A DNA stretch of 64,000 nt from Macrostomum hystrix (taxonomy: Eukaryota; Animalia; Platyhelminthes), in NCBI GenBank assembly GCA_950097015.1, contig CATNEN010000039.1:14880001-14944000 (forward strand), in the 5' to 3' direction. This document shows positions 46,969-59,493 of this stretch, in pieces (the first letter of the stretch is position 1; each line of letters starts with the position of its first letter). A model generated the notes under the pieces. That model was not told the DNA's origin. It was given only the letters and a program-made list of their open reading frames with translations, and searched no databases. The position numbers were made by a program, and so were the translations under genes.

Positions 46969-47346
46969 AGTATTCACATGTACCTCAGTAGCATTAAGAT
47001 GAGTTGTATCAAACGTAAGCTACTCGTGTAATTTTGCCCCAATGGGGCTCTTGGTGTACAGACCGGATGTCTCAGAATGTATTCAACCTCAGACTGACTA
47101 TTTTTGTATTTTTTGTTTGCTTTCAGATGTGTTTTGTCCTTCTGCATTACACATTATTTTTGTCTGACCAGTAGCCGATGTGTAGGCACTAGGAATAGGT
47201 TGGGCTAGGCTAGGCGAAGTGTCCCTGGTTCGACTCTGCACTGTGTCAAATCATTTAAACTAATTGTCAGTCAGTAGTGATGGATGCAAAGCGATAATTT
47301 TTTATTCGATTTTGAAAATAAAAGGAAAACATAAAATCCACTTTTG

Positions 47347-47886
47347 CATGGCAAAACCAGAGTCTCAATCATGGCAAACGAGAGTTTGATTCATGGCTAA
47401 ACCAGAGTTTCAATCATGGCTAAACCAGAGTATCAATCATGGCTAAACCAGAGTATCAATCATGGCTAAACCAGAGTATCAATCATGGCTAAACCAGAGT
47501 ATCAATCATGGCTAAACCAGAGTTTCAATCATGGCTAAACCAGAGTATCAATCATGGCTAAACCAGAGTTTCAATCATGGCTAAACCAGAGTATCAATCA
47601 TGGCTAAACCAGATTTTCAATCATGGCTAAACCAGAGTATCAATCATGGCTAAACCAGAGTTTCAATCATGGCTAAACCAGAGTATCAATCATGGCTAAA
47701 CCAGAGTTTCAATCATGGCTAAACCAGAGTATCAATCATGGCTAAACCAGAGTTTCAATCATGGCTAAACCAGAGTTTCAATCATGGCTAAACCAGAGTT
47801 TCAATCATGGCTAAACCAGAGTTTCAATCATGGCTAAACCAGAGTTTCAATCATGGCTAAACCAGAGTTTGAATCATGGCTAAACC
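47347..47886. repeat. 21-bp minisatellite C (ATCATGGCTAAACCAGAGT[AT]TCA-type); recurs at 54264-54360 and 55545-55725
   Basis: Directly visible. Confidence 0.95.
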
Positions 47887-47901
47887 ATCTGAATCAGCTG
47901 A

Positions 47902-48560
47902 TAAACTGGGGGATCATTGTAAACTGGGGGATCATTGTCAACTGGGGGATCATTGTCAACTGTGTGATTATCATCAACTAGGGGACCATCATCAACTGGG
48001 GGATCATTGTTAATTGGGGATCATCATCAAGTGGGGGATCATTGTCAACTAGGGGAACATTGTCAACTGGGGATAATTGTCAACTTGGGATAATTGTCAA
48101 CTTGGGATAATTGTGAACTGGAGGATTATTGTCAACTGAGGGAACATTGTCAACCGGGGATCATTGTAAACTGGGGGATCAATGTCAACTGGGGGATCAT
48201 TGTAAACTGGGGGATCAATGTCAACTGGGGGATCATTTTCAACTGGGGGATCGTTGTCAAGTGGGGGTTCATTGTTAACTGGGGGTTCATTGTCAACTGG
48301 GGGATCATTGTCAACTGGGGGATCATTGTCAACTGGGGGATCATTGTCAACTGTGTGATCATCATCAACTGGGGGATCATTGTCAACTAGGGGAATATTG
48401 TCAACTGGGGATCATCATCAATGGGGAGTCATCATTATCTGGGGGATCATTGTCAACTGGGGGATCATTGTCAACTGGGTGATCATCATCAATTGGGGAA
48501 TCATTGTCGACTGGGGGATCATCATCAACTGGGGCATCATTGTCAACTGGGTGATCATTG
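47902..48560. repeat. 18-bp minisatellite D (GGGGGATCATTGTCAACT); recurs at 54525-55236 and 55770-55890
   Basis: Directly visible. Confidence 0.95.
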
Positions 48561-49952
48561 TAGCTTAAAAAAGCTGAAAATACAGCTGCTAAAAAGTATA
48601 TATAAGATGAATTAAAAATATTTCTGCTCCCCGAAGGGGGGCAAAACATGCTAGTACATTGCTAAAGTCGAAAAACGTGATTTAGGCTATTTTTATGCAT
48701 TTTTCATGATACCAATGTACAAAAATTAAGAAACGAGCTGACATGCTAGGAAAATCTGAATTTTTAGGCAAGGTGCACAACTAAATTGCGCACAATATGT
48801 ATATCTTGAAATTTTGTCTTAGTTTATTGAAGTCGTTGTCGGTACAGAAATGTACTTTAACGACAGTATGGGGGGCTTGCATATCAAACATACTTTTTAG
48901 CCTGTAACTTTTGAGCGGATTACCGGAGCGCGGCGTGCTTGGTGTCATTGAACTACATTTTGATTTACTTTTATTTGAGTGTATGTTCGCTGTCATTGCA
49001 CGATGTTTTGTACACCTCAGGCCAGGTCACCTGACTTGCTGGAAATGAAATAATGACTTTGTACCTATACTTAGGATAGGGGAAGCATAAGAATAAGCCA
49101 AAATTTGTACTTATTAGAAACAACTATAGATGACTACTCTCAGAAAAAGTGACATTCACGTCTGTCAGTTGCAAAATTTTGTTATAATCGACTGTAAAAA
49201 TCAAAAAACGTGATTTTGTGCAAAAAGCAACCGTAAATGAGCACACATAGGGCGGAAAATCTATTAATTTTCGCTGTGAGGTTCTTAGCTTCCAAGAGCA
49301 TTATTGTGCCCAGTAAACACGTACAGAAGACTGCCATCTTCGTTAGTGTGCGAAAATTCGTATTTTGACTCTATTAACATTTACCAAATTACGAGGTTCC
49401 AGTACTATGCGTTTATTTGATATTTCATGCTGCCATTTATTAACGCTGCTACGCCTGGCTTTCCGTGTGGTGTCAATAAATAGCATTTAGCAAGTGCTTT
49501 AAGATGACATCATGCGCATTGCGTTGCGTAAAAGTGTGGGTCCACAGTTTCGTAATAAGTTAAAGAGACCTGATTTCGCAAAAATCTTTAAAAGAAAAAA
49601 TACCAAATAGGTAACTAAAACGCCTTCTGAGACAAAATAAAAAATGCACTAGAAAGTGTCTATTTTGTAATGCAAAAAGTCTTGCGTCCTGCAAAAATCT
49701 GCTATGGCGACTTTTTGGAGCCACTAGCCTACTGACCCTTTTCTGCCTCACTCCTCTACTTTACCACTTGGCATGCTCTGCTGGCCATAGACGTTTGCCC
49801 ACCCCCACTGTTCTGTCTGTCACACTTCCTAGTCTTACCACTTGGCATGCTCTGCTGGCCATAGATTATATGCGCTGATAGGCGACCAAACCGCCAAAAA
49901 TTCGATAGAGTCATCGCAAAATTAAACACGAAGCTTATCCAAACCGACGGAG

Positions 49953-51695
49953 ATGGCTACCAACATGAATGCTCCAAGGAGAGAGAGACGACAGGCTGCA
50001 AAGCAGGCACTTCGCCGTTTGGGCTTGGACAGCAGCGATTCAAGCGAAAGCGACTCCTACTACACGGCTGAGAGTGATGAAAGGACGGATGAAGAGGACA
50101 ATCCAGTTCAGGCTGAAGAAATGCCGGAGGCGTTCGACGAATGGAGAGAAGTCACCGTTGAGGATGATCAACGGGCTTATGTCGTCCCGGAATTTCTTGG
50201 TGTTCAAGGAGTCAACCCACTGTTTCCTGTGCCCGAGGATATCGAAAACGGTTGGGACACGATTCTCAGTCAATTTCTACATGACCACCTGCTGCACCAG
50301 CTTTGCGAATGGACTAACAAGAGAGTTGAGCAAGAGGTTGACAAGTTTCATGAGGAACACGATGGAGAGGAATTGCCGTACGGTTTGAAGGCCTGTACCA
50401 TCTTTGAGATGAAGAAGGTCATTGGGATGCTGCTCTGCACTGGAGTCATCCAGAAACCAGAGGTGTCGTCCTACTGGTCCACCGATCCGTTGTACTTTCA
50501 TCCCTTCATTCATGACAAGGCGTGTCTTCCTCGAGCTCGCTTCCAGCAGATCATATCGTGGCTGCGTTGCTATGACTGCCTGCACTTTGACGCCGCTGAT
50601 CCCCTGTGCAAGATCCGGCCATTTCTCGAGGCTGTACAGAGGATCTGCAAGAACTGCTACTTACCGACACGGGACGTTGCGATCGATGAGGCGTTGCTAC
50701 TGTACAAGGGACGCTTGCACTTCAAGCAATACATGCCGAATAAACGGGCCAAGTTTGGCATCAAGCTGTACTGCTTGGCGGAGTCAACCACAGGATACAT
50801 GTGGAACTTCCTCGTCCATTCAACGGCGGGTGCGAACAACCAGTTTGGAAATGACGTGCCGCAACTGTCACTGAGTGAGCGAATTGTTATCGAGCTCAGT
50901 CGTGACATCCTCGATCTCGGCTACAGGATCTTTTGTGACAGTTGGTTTTCATCAGTCCGACTGTCTGAGCATCTGCTGACCAGGAGCACAGCGCTAACAG
51001 GTACAATTCGCAAGGATCGAGGGATCCCGCAGATTCTGCGCGACCTGCCGCTACAGCCGCTCAGTCACTCGTTTGCCAGGAGCGGGGATGTGCTCGTCAT
51101 GAAGATTGTCGACAGGAGGAGCTCTGGAATAAAGACTGTTTACCTGGTTGATTCGGCCTCTACTGCAGGCTGCACACAGGTCAGGAGAGTACTGCGAGGT
51201 GGAGAGGAACAGCAGGTATTGAAGCCGAACTCTGTGCTGGAGTACAACCAACGCATGGGTGGTGTCGATCGCATGGATGCTGCTGCTCAGACCTACAGTG
51301 CTTGTCGCAAGACTCACAAATGGTTTGTAAAGTTGAGCGTGTTTTTGCTGCAACAGCTGGTGAGAAACTCATGGCTCATTTACAAACACCTGGGAGGCTC
51401 GCAAACGTTTCTGGCTTACACAGAGCGCTGCATCAAGCACCTGATATTGAGCAGTGGAGATGGAAGAGTGAGAGTACATCGTCGTGCACTGTGCCACCAA
51501 GTAGGTGATGCCGACATCCACCATCGTCCCCAAAGGCTGCCACCGACTGAAGCTCAGCAGCGTCCAGCCAAACGCTGCCGAGTCTGTTACCAACGTGGAC
51601 AGCAAAAGCGAACAGTTTTCTTTTGTGGCGGTTGCGATGGTCAGCCGGGTCTTTGCGTGGACCAGTGCTTTGCTGATCGGCATTCTGCCAACTGA
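49953..51695 (+). CDS. Intact piggyBac (PGBD4-like) transposase, 580 aa
   Basis: Acidic N-terminus, DDD triad (VAIDE, FCDSWF, MGGVDRMD), KQYMPNKRAKFGIK, and C-terminal Cys-rich domain CRVC..CGGC..LCVDQCFADRH. Confidence 0.95.
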   Translation: MATNMNAPRRERRQAAKQALRRLGLDSSDSSESDSYYTAESDERTDEEDNPVQAEEMPEAFDEWREVTVEDDQRAYVVPEFLGVQGVNPLFPVPEDIENGWDTILSQFLHDHLLHQLCEWTNKRVEQEVDKFHEEHDGEELPYGLKACTIFEMKKVIGMLLCTGVIQKPEVSSYWSTDPLYFHPFIHDKACLPRARFQQIISWLRCYDCLHFDAADPLCKIRPFLEAVQRICKNCYLPTRDVAIDEALLLYKGRLHFKQYMPNKRAKFGIKLYCLAESTTGYMWNFLVHSTAGANNQFGNDVPQLSLSERIVIELSRDILDLGYRIFCDSWFSSVRLSEHLLTRSTALTGTIRKDRGIPQILRDLPLQPLSHSFARSGDVLVMKIVDRRSSGIKTVYLVDSASTAGCTQVRRVLRGGEEQQVLKPNSVLEYNQRMGGVDRMDAAAQTYSACRKTHKWFVKLSVFLLQQLVRNSWLIYKHLGGSQTFLAYTERCIKHLILSSGDGRVRVHRRALCHQVGDADIHHRPQRLPPTEAQQRPAKRCRVCYQRGQQKRTVFFCGGCDGQPGLCVDQCFADRHSAN

Positions 51696-53277
51696 CGCTA
51701 TTGACATTGGCCGTGCAGTACCGCAAATTAGCATTCACAGCTAACACGTATGATCTTATTCTGTGCTGAGCATAATCGTGCATTGCGTACCTGTTCCGTT
51801 AACTCGTTTCACATTGTTCCAAATATATATTTCTTTCGGATAAGTTACTATGATTCTTCTGGTTGGGCTGCGAGACCGTCTGAGACCGAGACCGAGACCG
51901 AGTGACTGAGACCGTCTTTTGGCAAAACCATAGACTAAAATTTGCAGTGGAAGTGTCGTGGAATGAGCCATGGCATGCATAGCATGCCACGGGAAATCAT
52001 AGGGTGGGAAAACGTGCGCATTTTTAAAGCCTTTGTTCCTTACTTTTCGAGTGTAAATTTTGAAAAAAGCCATTTATAAATTGTATAACAAAATATAATT
52101 AAAGAAAGAAATAATTTGCTTTAGAAAGTAAATTACAGTTATTTTTGTGGAATTACTGTGGAATTTCGATACACAGGCTAAATGCCTCAACCAAATTTGA
52201 TCGCGTTTTTTGCTAAACATGCCAAATTTTACTGGCATGAGACCTTGAAAATTTCGTTAGTCTGCTTTAATGCTAACAATATTAAATATTCGAAAAACGA
52301 GTTTTCCTATTGCTTTCAATAGGAGGCCAAACAAGGTTAAATTAGAATTGGGCCGGACACTGTCAGCTTTATTAGATTGCATCGGTGCTTTTTCACGCCC
52401 GCGCGTGCATTGGTATAGCACAGAACAGGGCCCGATACTCTCAATTGAATAGGATTGCGTCACTGCTTTTCGACCCGTACGTACGTTTATAAATTTGTCT
52501 CTTGGCTGATCGAGTGATTTGATTTGAATACGCAAAACGTACATAGCAGATTTCATGATTGGGCTTTTATGATGCTCAATGCTAGCGAGATCTCTCCTAC
52601 TCCTTTCTATCCATAAAACTGCAGCCTTTCTATTGTTAAACCTTGTCTCGACTTCGATCATTGTGCCGCTTTCTTTTCATCTAGCTGCGAAGTAAAGTAC
52701 TTTAATGCTATTGTAGAATGCAGGTAGAATTTCAGCATCGGTTTTGTTACTGCTTCTTTTTCTTCTAATCTTCTAAACATCAGCAGTTAAAAACGTGAGT
52801 TCCTATTTATTAGTATTTTTTGGGCATTTTTGGTTCGAGTATAAATAATAAGCGCTTTTGGTTAGCTACTGTCGAAGCAGATATTTGTAAGCTTTATTAT
52901 TCCTGTACTCGCTTTCAGAAAATAGTATTCGTTTTTCGAGTAAAGCAGCAAGTTTTATTCGATACTAAAACTTGGGAAATATTTTTTGTTCATAGCTGCA
53001 GGCGCTATCACAATTGAGAACTGCAAGAAAAAAATATTGAGCGCAGCTAAGAGCGTAAATTATTTCAAATTTTTCTATTTTTTGAGCATTGTTTTAAGCG
53101 TTATTCGATAAAAAAAATAGCTTATTTAATAATAATAATTATAAAACTTTATTCGACGAAAACTGATCGAAACCGTTTTCTAAAGTGCTCAACGATTTTC
53201 TAAATGTGTCCAACGATTTTCTAAATGTGTTTAACAGTTTTCTAAATGTATCTACCGTGCCACATGTAACAGGAGAT

Positions 53278-53842
53278 GTAACAGGATTTTTGGTTCTGCG
53301 TTTTGGTTATGGTTCTCCACCTTCTGCGTACCATCTTTGACTCTACTGCCTCCGACGTCCTGAAGATCGGCCTCTTCCGCTCAGCTGTCGATTCCGTCCT
53401 TGCATATGGCCTCGAAGCAGTGCCGATGACGCCTACCCGTGAGGCTGCCCTGGAGGCGTCTCACCGACACCTGCTGAGGTCGGCGCTTGGCATCCGCTAC
53501 CCTGAGACTGCGAGCAACGCCGAGCTGACCGCGAGAGCCCGTGTGCCCTCCTTCGCTCGTTCCCTGCAAAGGCGTCGGCAAATGCTGGCCGGCCACTGCC
53601 TGCGGGCTCATGCGAGGGGTGCGGGCCCGCCGCTCGCGACCCTTCTGCTCAACCCGCCCAGTGAAGGCCTTCGGCGTGGACAGGGCCGTCGCGTGACTCT
53701 ACTTGATTGCCTTTTAACTGACTTGCAGAGTCTTGGCTTCTCCCCTCAGGCTGCTGCCAGGGCTGACTCCCGCGTTTTTCGGCAGCGTGTGTTCGCTGCA
53801 GTTTTCTAACCTCCGCAGCGTCCGTTATTATTATTATTATTG
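53278..53842 (+). mobile_element. 5'-truncated RTE-clade LINE with (TTA)n tail
   Basis: KIGLFRSAVDSVLAYGLE..LLRSALGI..LAGHCLR; 13-bp TSD TGTAACAGGAGAT (53265-53277, 53843-53855). Confidence 0.88.
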
Positions 53843-56800
53843 TGTAACAGGAGATATTTGTTGCCTTCTGGGCTGCGTAAAACGATGGACACATCGTTTC
53901 TATGCTATTCGGGGGCAATGGTTTCCTGTCAAAGAAAAAGGGCAAACATTTCTTGCTGCGAGTTTGGTAGCCTGCAAGTAGCCTCCATTCTGGTATTATG
54001 GAGGTTCTCTTCTGTTTGGAGAACATTAGTTCTCTGCTGCTGGGGGAATTAGTTCTCTGCTGCTGGGGGAATTAGTTCTCTGCTGCTGGGGAAATTAGTT
54101 CTCTGCTGCTGGGGGAATTAGTTCTCTGCTGCTGGGGGAATTAGTTCTCTGCTGCTGGGGGAATTAGATCTCTGCTGCTGGGGGAATTAGATCTCTGCTG
54201 CTGGGGGAATTAGTTCTCTGCTGCTGGGGGAATTAGTTCTCTGCTGCTGGGGGAATTAGCTCTCATGGCAAAACCAGCGTTTGAATCATTCTAAGCCAGA
54301 GTTTGAATCATGGCTAAACCAGAGTTTGAATCATGGCTAAACTAGAGTTTGAATCATAGCAAAATTTTTATTCTGTCATTGAATCGAATTCTCTCCCTTT
54401 TGATTTTGTTCTCTCCCTTATAACATCAAAATGATATTCACTGTATTCATTCAATTGTTCTTGTTCTTGTTGTTCTTCCCAATTTTCTACAAAAGCAGCT
54501 AATTTACATATTCAGCTGGCGAAAATTGTCAATTGAGAATCATTATCAATAGGGAGTAATCATCAAATGAGGGATCATTGTCAACTGGGGGATCATTGTC
54601 AACTGGGGGATAGTTGTCAGGTGGTTGATCATCATCAACTGGCGGATGATTGTAACTGGGGGAACATTGTCAATTAAGGATCTTCATCAATGGGGATAAT
54701 TATCAAATTGGGGATCATGGTCGACTGGGAATCATTTTCAAATGGGTGATCATCATCAACTGGTGGATTATTGTCAACTGGGGATCATGGTCAACTGGGG
54801 ATTATCATCAACTGGGGGATCATGGTCAACTGGGGGATCATTGTCAACTGGGGGATAATTGTCAACTGGGGGATCATTGTCAACTGGGGAATCATCATCA
54901 ACTCGGGGATCATTGTCAACTGGGCGATCATTGTCATCTAGGGGATCATTTTCAACTGGGGGATCATTGTCAACTGGGGATCATGGTCAACTGGGGATTA
55001 TCATCAACTGGGGGATCATGGTCAACTGGGGGATCATTGTCAACTGGGGGATAATTGTCAACTGGGGGATCATTGTCAACTGGGGGATCATTGTCAACTG
55101 GGGAATCATCATCAACTCGGGGATCATTGTCAACTGGGCGATCATTGTCATCTAGGGGATCATTTTCAACTGGGGGATCATTGTCAACTGGCGGATCATT
55201 GTCAACTGGGGGATCATTGTCATCTGGGGGATCAATGTAGCTTTAAAAAGCTGTAAATTTAGCTGCTTAAAAGTATATACTAGACGAATTATAATTATTT
55301 CTGCTCCCCGAAGTACAAAGCCAGAACTTTGAGAATTCATTTTATAAGGCTGATTTTTACACCCACTAACCAACAGTCGGAATAGCCAATGTGTAGGCAC
55401 TAGGAATAGGGTTCGGCTAGGCTAGGGTTCGATTCTGCACTGCGTCAAATCATCATCATTTAGACTAATTTTCAGCCAGTAGTGATTGAAAATTATTTTA
55501 ATCTATTTTTTTCATTTCGTAAATAAAATATCATAAATCAGAGCAAATCAGAGTTTAAACCATTGCAAAAATAGAGTTTGAATCATGGTTAAACCAGAGT
55601 CTGAATCATGGCAAAACCAGAGTTTGTATCAAATTGTTAAACCAGGATTTGAATCATGGCTACACAAGAGTGTGAATCATGGCTAACCCAAAGTTTGAAT
55701 CATGGCCAAACCAGGGTGTGAATCACGGTAACATTTTTCTTTTGTCATTGAAAGAAACGGGGGTCAAATGAGGGATCATTGTCAACTGGGTGATCATCAT
55801 CAACTGGGGGATCATTGTCAACTGGGGGAACATTGTCAACTGGGGATCATCATCAACTGGGGGATCATTGTCAACTGGGGGGATCATTCTAAATCATTGT
55901 AGCTTAAAAAATACAGCTGCTAAAAAGTATACACTGAACGAATTGAAATCATTTCTGCTCGTATTTTTATTGAGCTTAATTCCATTGCCAAGGGGATTAA
56001 ATATTCGAAAAACATGATTTTTTAAAGGTCAAACCATCTTGGCCTATTGAGAATTTTACTCACTGCCACTGAATTAGAATTGCATCGTCAAATTGCGCAA
56101 CAACCCCTAGCTGATTGAATTTGAAGCCTGCACTCTGGAGACAAATTGGAAATAAATGTACATGGCTTGAAGGGGGGGCAAAACTTGCTAGTCACTATCT
56201 AAATCTGAAATATTTTCAAGCTTCAATCTGTAGCTATAATATTCGGTTTTGTTACGTTATTTATTTGTATCCTACTACCTTATATATATAATTATTGTAC
56301 AATATATATTGTATTCTACAAGTATAAGTTTTTGTAATATATTCAATTGTTACCAATTTTACACTGTAAGTGTAAGCTTATAATTTTTTTAAATACTAAC
56401 TGGTGTATATTATTTGAATAACATTTTGTTATTCAAACTGTCTTTACTTTTTGAAGGCGCGAATGGTTAAGCAGATGTGTTTAAGTATTGAATGAGATTA
56501 TTAGCAGTTTAATGCAATAATGCAGTTTTGTGATCGATAGTTGCTGAATTTTTACCAAAGCAAAGCTCTTGAAATGCACCATTTGCTTTTTTGTCGATTA
56601 ATTGCTTTTTGTTGGTGATTAATAGTGCAATTCGCAGCCATGGCTGCTGAATTAGGCTATGGTGGAGTTCCGTTCGTTATAGTATTTTGCAATTTGAAAT
56701 GACTGCGGACAGGTTAAACAAGTTTTACGACCAACGCAGCAACATTTAAACAACACGAGGACACTCAGAAAAGTTCATCAGAGGTTCATCACTTCCTTAT

Positions 56801-57470
56801 CTGTTCATCAAGTTGGATAATAGTGGGACACCCAATACATGAAGTTGCCGAATGCATTGACTGGGTATAGACGGCGCCACATGTACTCCAGTGTGTCCAC
56901 AGTCATGGCGTGCATGTCCCGCAGTGTCCAATCGATGTTGCATAGTTCCACAGCAGCCATAATCTCTCCTGGGAGAATAATCGTCGATGGTGCAGCAGAT
57001 GGCGACCCGCCATCTCCAGTAGCAGCTTGGGTTGATTTGTACTTTTGATTTGTGCTGAGGCAACTTGAGCAACTTGAGCAACTTGAGCAACTTAAGCAAC
57101 TTGAGCCGATAAGGTCTTGACTTGAGCCAACAGTCAATTTTAGACCATAGACATACATATGCCACGTCATGCCAAATCGTCCGTTGCATTACCGGGCTTT
57201 TGGCACCATTTTGAAATTGTAAAATAATATAACGAATGGAACTCCACTCGCGTTTCACTAGCGACTCGCTATAAACCCACTTTTTTAAAACTCGTTCGCC
57301 ACAAATGGTAAACAACTTTTCTACTAGATCTTGGTGTAACTCCTATTCGCCACTAATTGTTTCAAGCAGCTTTGTTACTTATAACTTGGTCTGGTCGTTC
57401 AAAAAACCAACTTCGGCTTATGACGGGTTTATGAGCGGTTTATAAGGTTTATAAGGTTTATAAGCGGTTT

Positions 57471-57680
57471 ATGCGGCCAGTCCGCAGCGTTCGTGCACCT
57501 GTGCGTGATCAGGTACCTCTGGCTACGGCTCTGAGGGAAAGGTGTCACCCTTTGACCTTAACAGGGTATGCGGCCAGTCCGCAGCTTTCGTGCACCTGTG
57601 CGTGATCAGGTACCTCTGGCTACGGCTCTGAGGGACAGGTGTCACCCTTCGACCTCAACAGGGTACGCAGCCAGTCTGCG
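57471..57680 (+). repeat. 97-bp tandem repeat (~2.2 copies) forming the probable 5' UTR of the adjacent LINE
   Basis: ATGCGGCCAGTCCGCAGC.. at 57471 and 57568, partial at 57665. Confidence 0.85.
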
Positions 57681-57813
57681 GGCCTGGCACTGCTCTAGGT
57701 GTCCTCTTATGCCTAAGGTCTCACCGCGCTGAGGGGCTGAAAGGTCCGGGGAGTCTATCCGGCCATTAGCGGTTTTTATTTTTACTTTTCTTTCTTTTTC
57801 TTTCCAGCGACCT

Positions 57814-59493
57814 ATGGAGTCCCACTATAGCTCCAGCACGTCCCAGGACCCTGCTGAAACGCTGACCCCGGCCGGCGACGCAGATCCTCAGGACCAGCGC
57901 CAGGGCGACACCGGTTCCACCGGCGCCCAAAATCCATCCTGCTCCTCCGCCACTCAGGAAAACACCAGAGCGGCTGGATCAAAGAGCAAACGCTCCCCTG
58001 CCTGCAAAAGCTCCTACTCCAAGCCTGGTATTCTGTGGAAAAGGAACGCCCGGAATACTGACTGGACGGCCTTTGCGGAATCCGTGAAGCGCCAGACCAA
58101 CCAGTTAGAATCCGTTGTTCCTGCCACCTGTCAAGAAGTGGACGATCTGGCTGATCTACTCAGCATGACCATCTTGACAGCTCATGAAACCTCTTGCCCC
58201 CTTAAAGCCTACAAAGGCAAAAAATCCGCTCCCTGGTGGAACCCAGCGCTTGGAACCCTCCGGCGCAAGGCCAAATCCCGCCAGCGGATTGCGCGGAAAA
58301 GCAAGGACCCAGCTGACCTGACCGCCTACCAGAATGCGATTCGTGACTTTAAGCGTGACACCAGGAAAGCGAAGTCCGAAAAGTGGCGCCAATACTGCTG
58401 CGAGCTGGAGGGCGCCCGCCCAACTTCTCGCGTTGTAAAAGCGCTCACTCTCGACAAAATGTCGAAGCTCTCAGTGATCAAAAGACCGGACGGCCGGCTT
58501 GCTGAGAATCCTGGCGAATCGCTGGACATCATGCTCGCCAGCGCTTTCCCCCGGACTGCGCCGCTTCAGGACCCGCCGGACCACACTCCGGGTGGACACA
58601 TCCTTGCGACCACCATTATCACTAGAGAACGGAGAGCTCGCGCTGCTAATTCCTTCTTACCTTTTAAGTCGCCTGGACCTGACAACATTTACCCCGCCTT
58701 CCTACATGAAGCGGTGAAAAATGACAGGTTCCTCGGCCTCCTTTGCAACCTGTTCAAGGCCTGTATCACCCTCGGGTACGTACCCAGGTCTTGGCAGGAA
58801 GCCACTATCGTCTTCATCCCCAAACCTGGGAAGGGAGACTACCACTCCGCCAAAGCCTTCCGCCCCATCAGCTTAACATCTTCCTTTCTTAAGCTGCTTG
58901 AAAGGCTTGTTATTTGGCGCCTCCTTCTCGTTGAGCTGAGGAACTCCCCGCTCTCCGCCAACCAGCACGCTTTTCGATCCGGACGTTCCATCCAAAGTGC
59001 TCTGCATACCATTGTCGACAAGCTCGAGCGCGCCGTGCTTGGCACCGGTTTCGCTCTCTCGCTTTTCCTCGACATTGATGGTGCCTTCGACAATGTGCTT
59101 TTCGGAGCCTTCAGGCGAGCCCTGGAACGCCGGGCTACGCACGAGCACCTCACCCGCTGGATCATGTATATGATCTCTCACCGAACTGCCACCTCGCACC
59201 TGCTTGGCCACTCCCGTTCTGTGAATGTCCAGAAGGGAGGCCCGCAGGGTGGCGTTCTCAGTCCGATCCTTTGGAACCTTGTCATGGACGAGCTGCTCTG
59301 CAGCCCTGACCCGGACCCGGTCCAAAAAATCGGCTATGCTGACGACGTCACCGCCACCGTGGCCGGACCGTCTCCCCCGGTCCTTAGAGACCTTCTGCAA
59401 GCTTTCATCCACCGTGCCGAGCGCTGGGCCCATAGCTGCGGTCTCAAACTCTCTGAGTCCAAGACCGTCGCCATTATGTTCACCAGCAAACGA
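57814..59493 (+). mobile_element. LINE (LOA/Lian/R1-like) RT; endonuclease missing, 3'-truncated
   Basis: KSPGPDNI, FRPISLTS, QHAFRSGRS, FLDIDGAFD, GGPQGGVLSP, YADD, KTVAIMF. Confidence 0.9.

Noticed and set aside
49560-52270. TTAAAGAGAC / GTCTGCTTTAA as piggyBac termini
   Set aside because: The match is too short and imperfect and lacks the usual CCY terminal bases.
45583-55240. ORFs translated from minisatellites A-D (LLNTFRK, WGIIVN, GGISSLLL)
   Set aside because: Repeat-derived, with frequent frame-breaking G-run variation.
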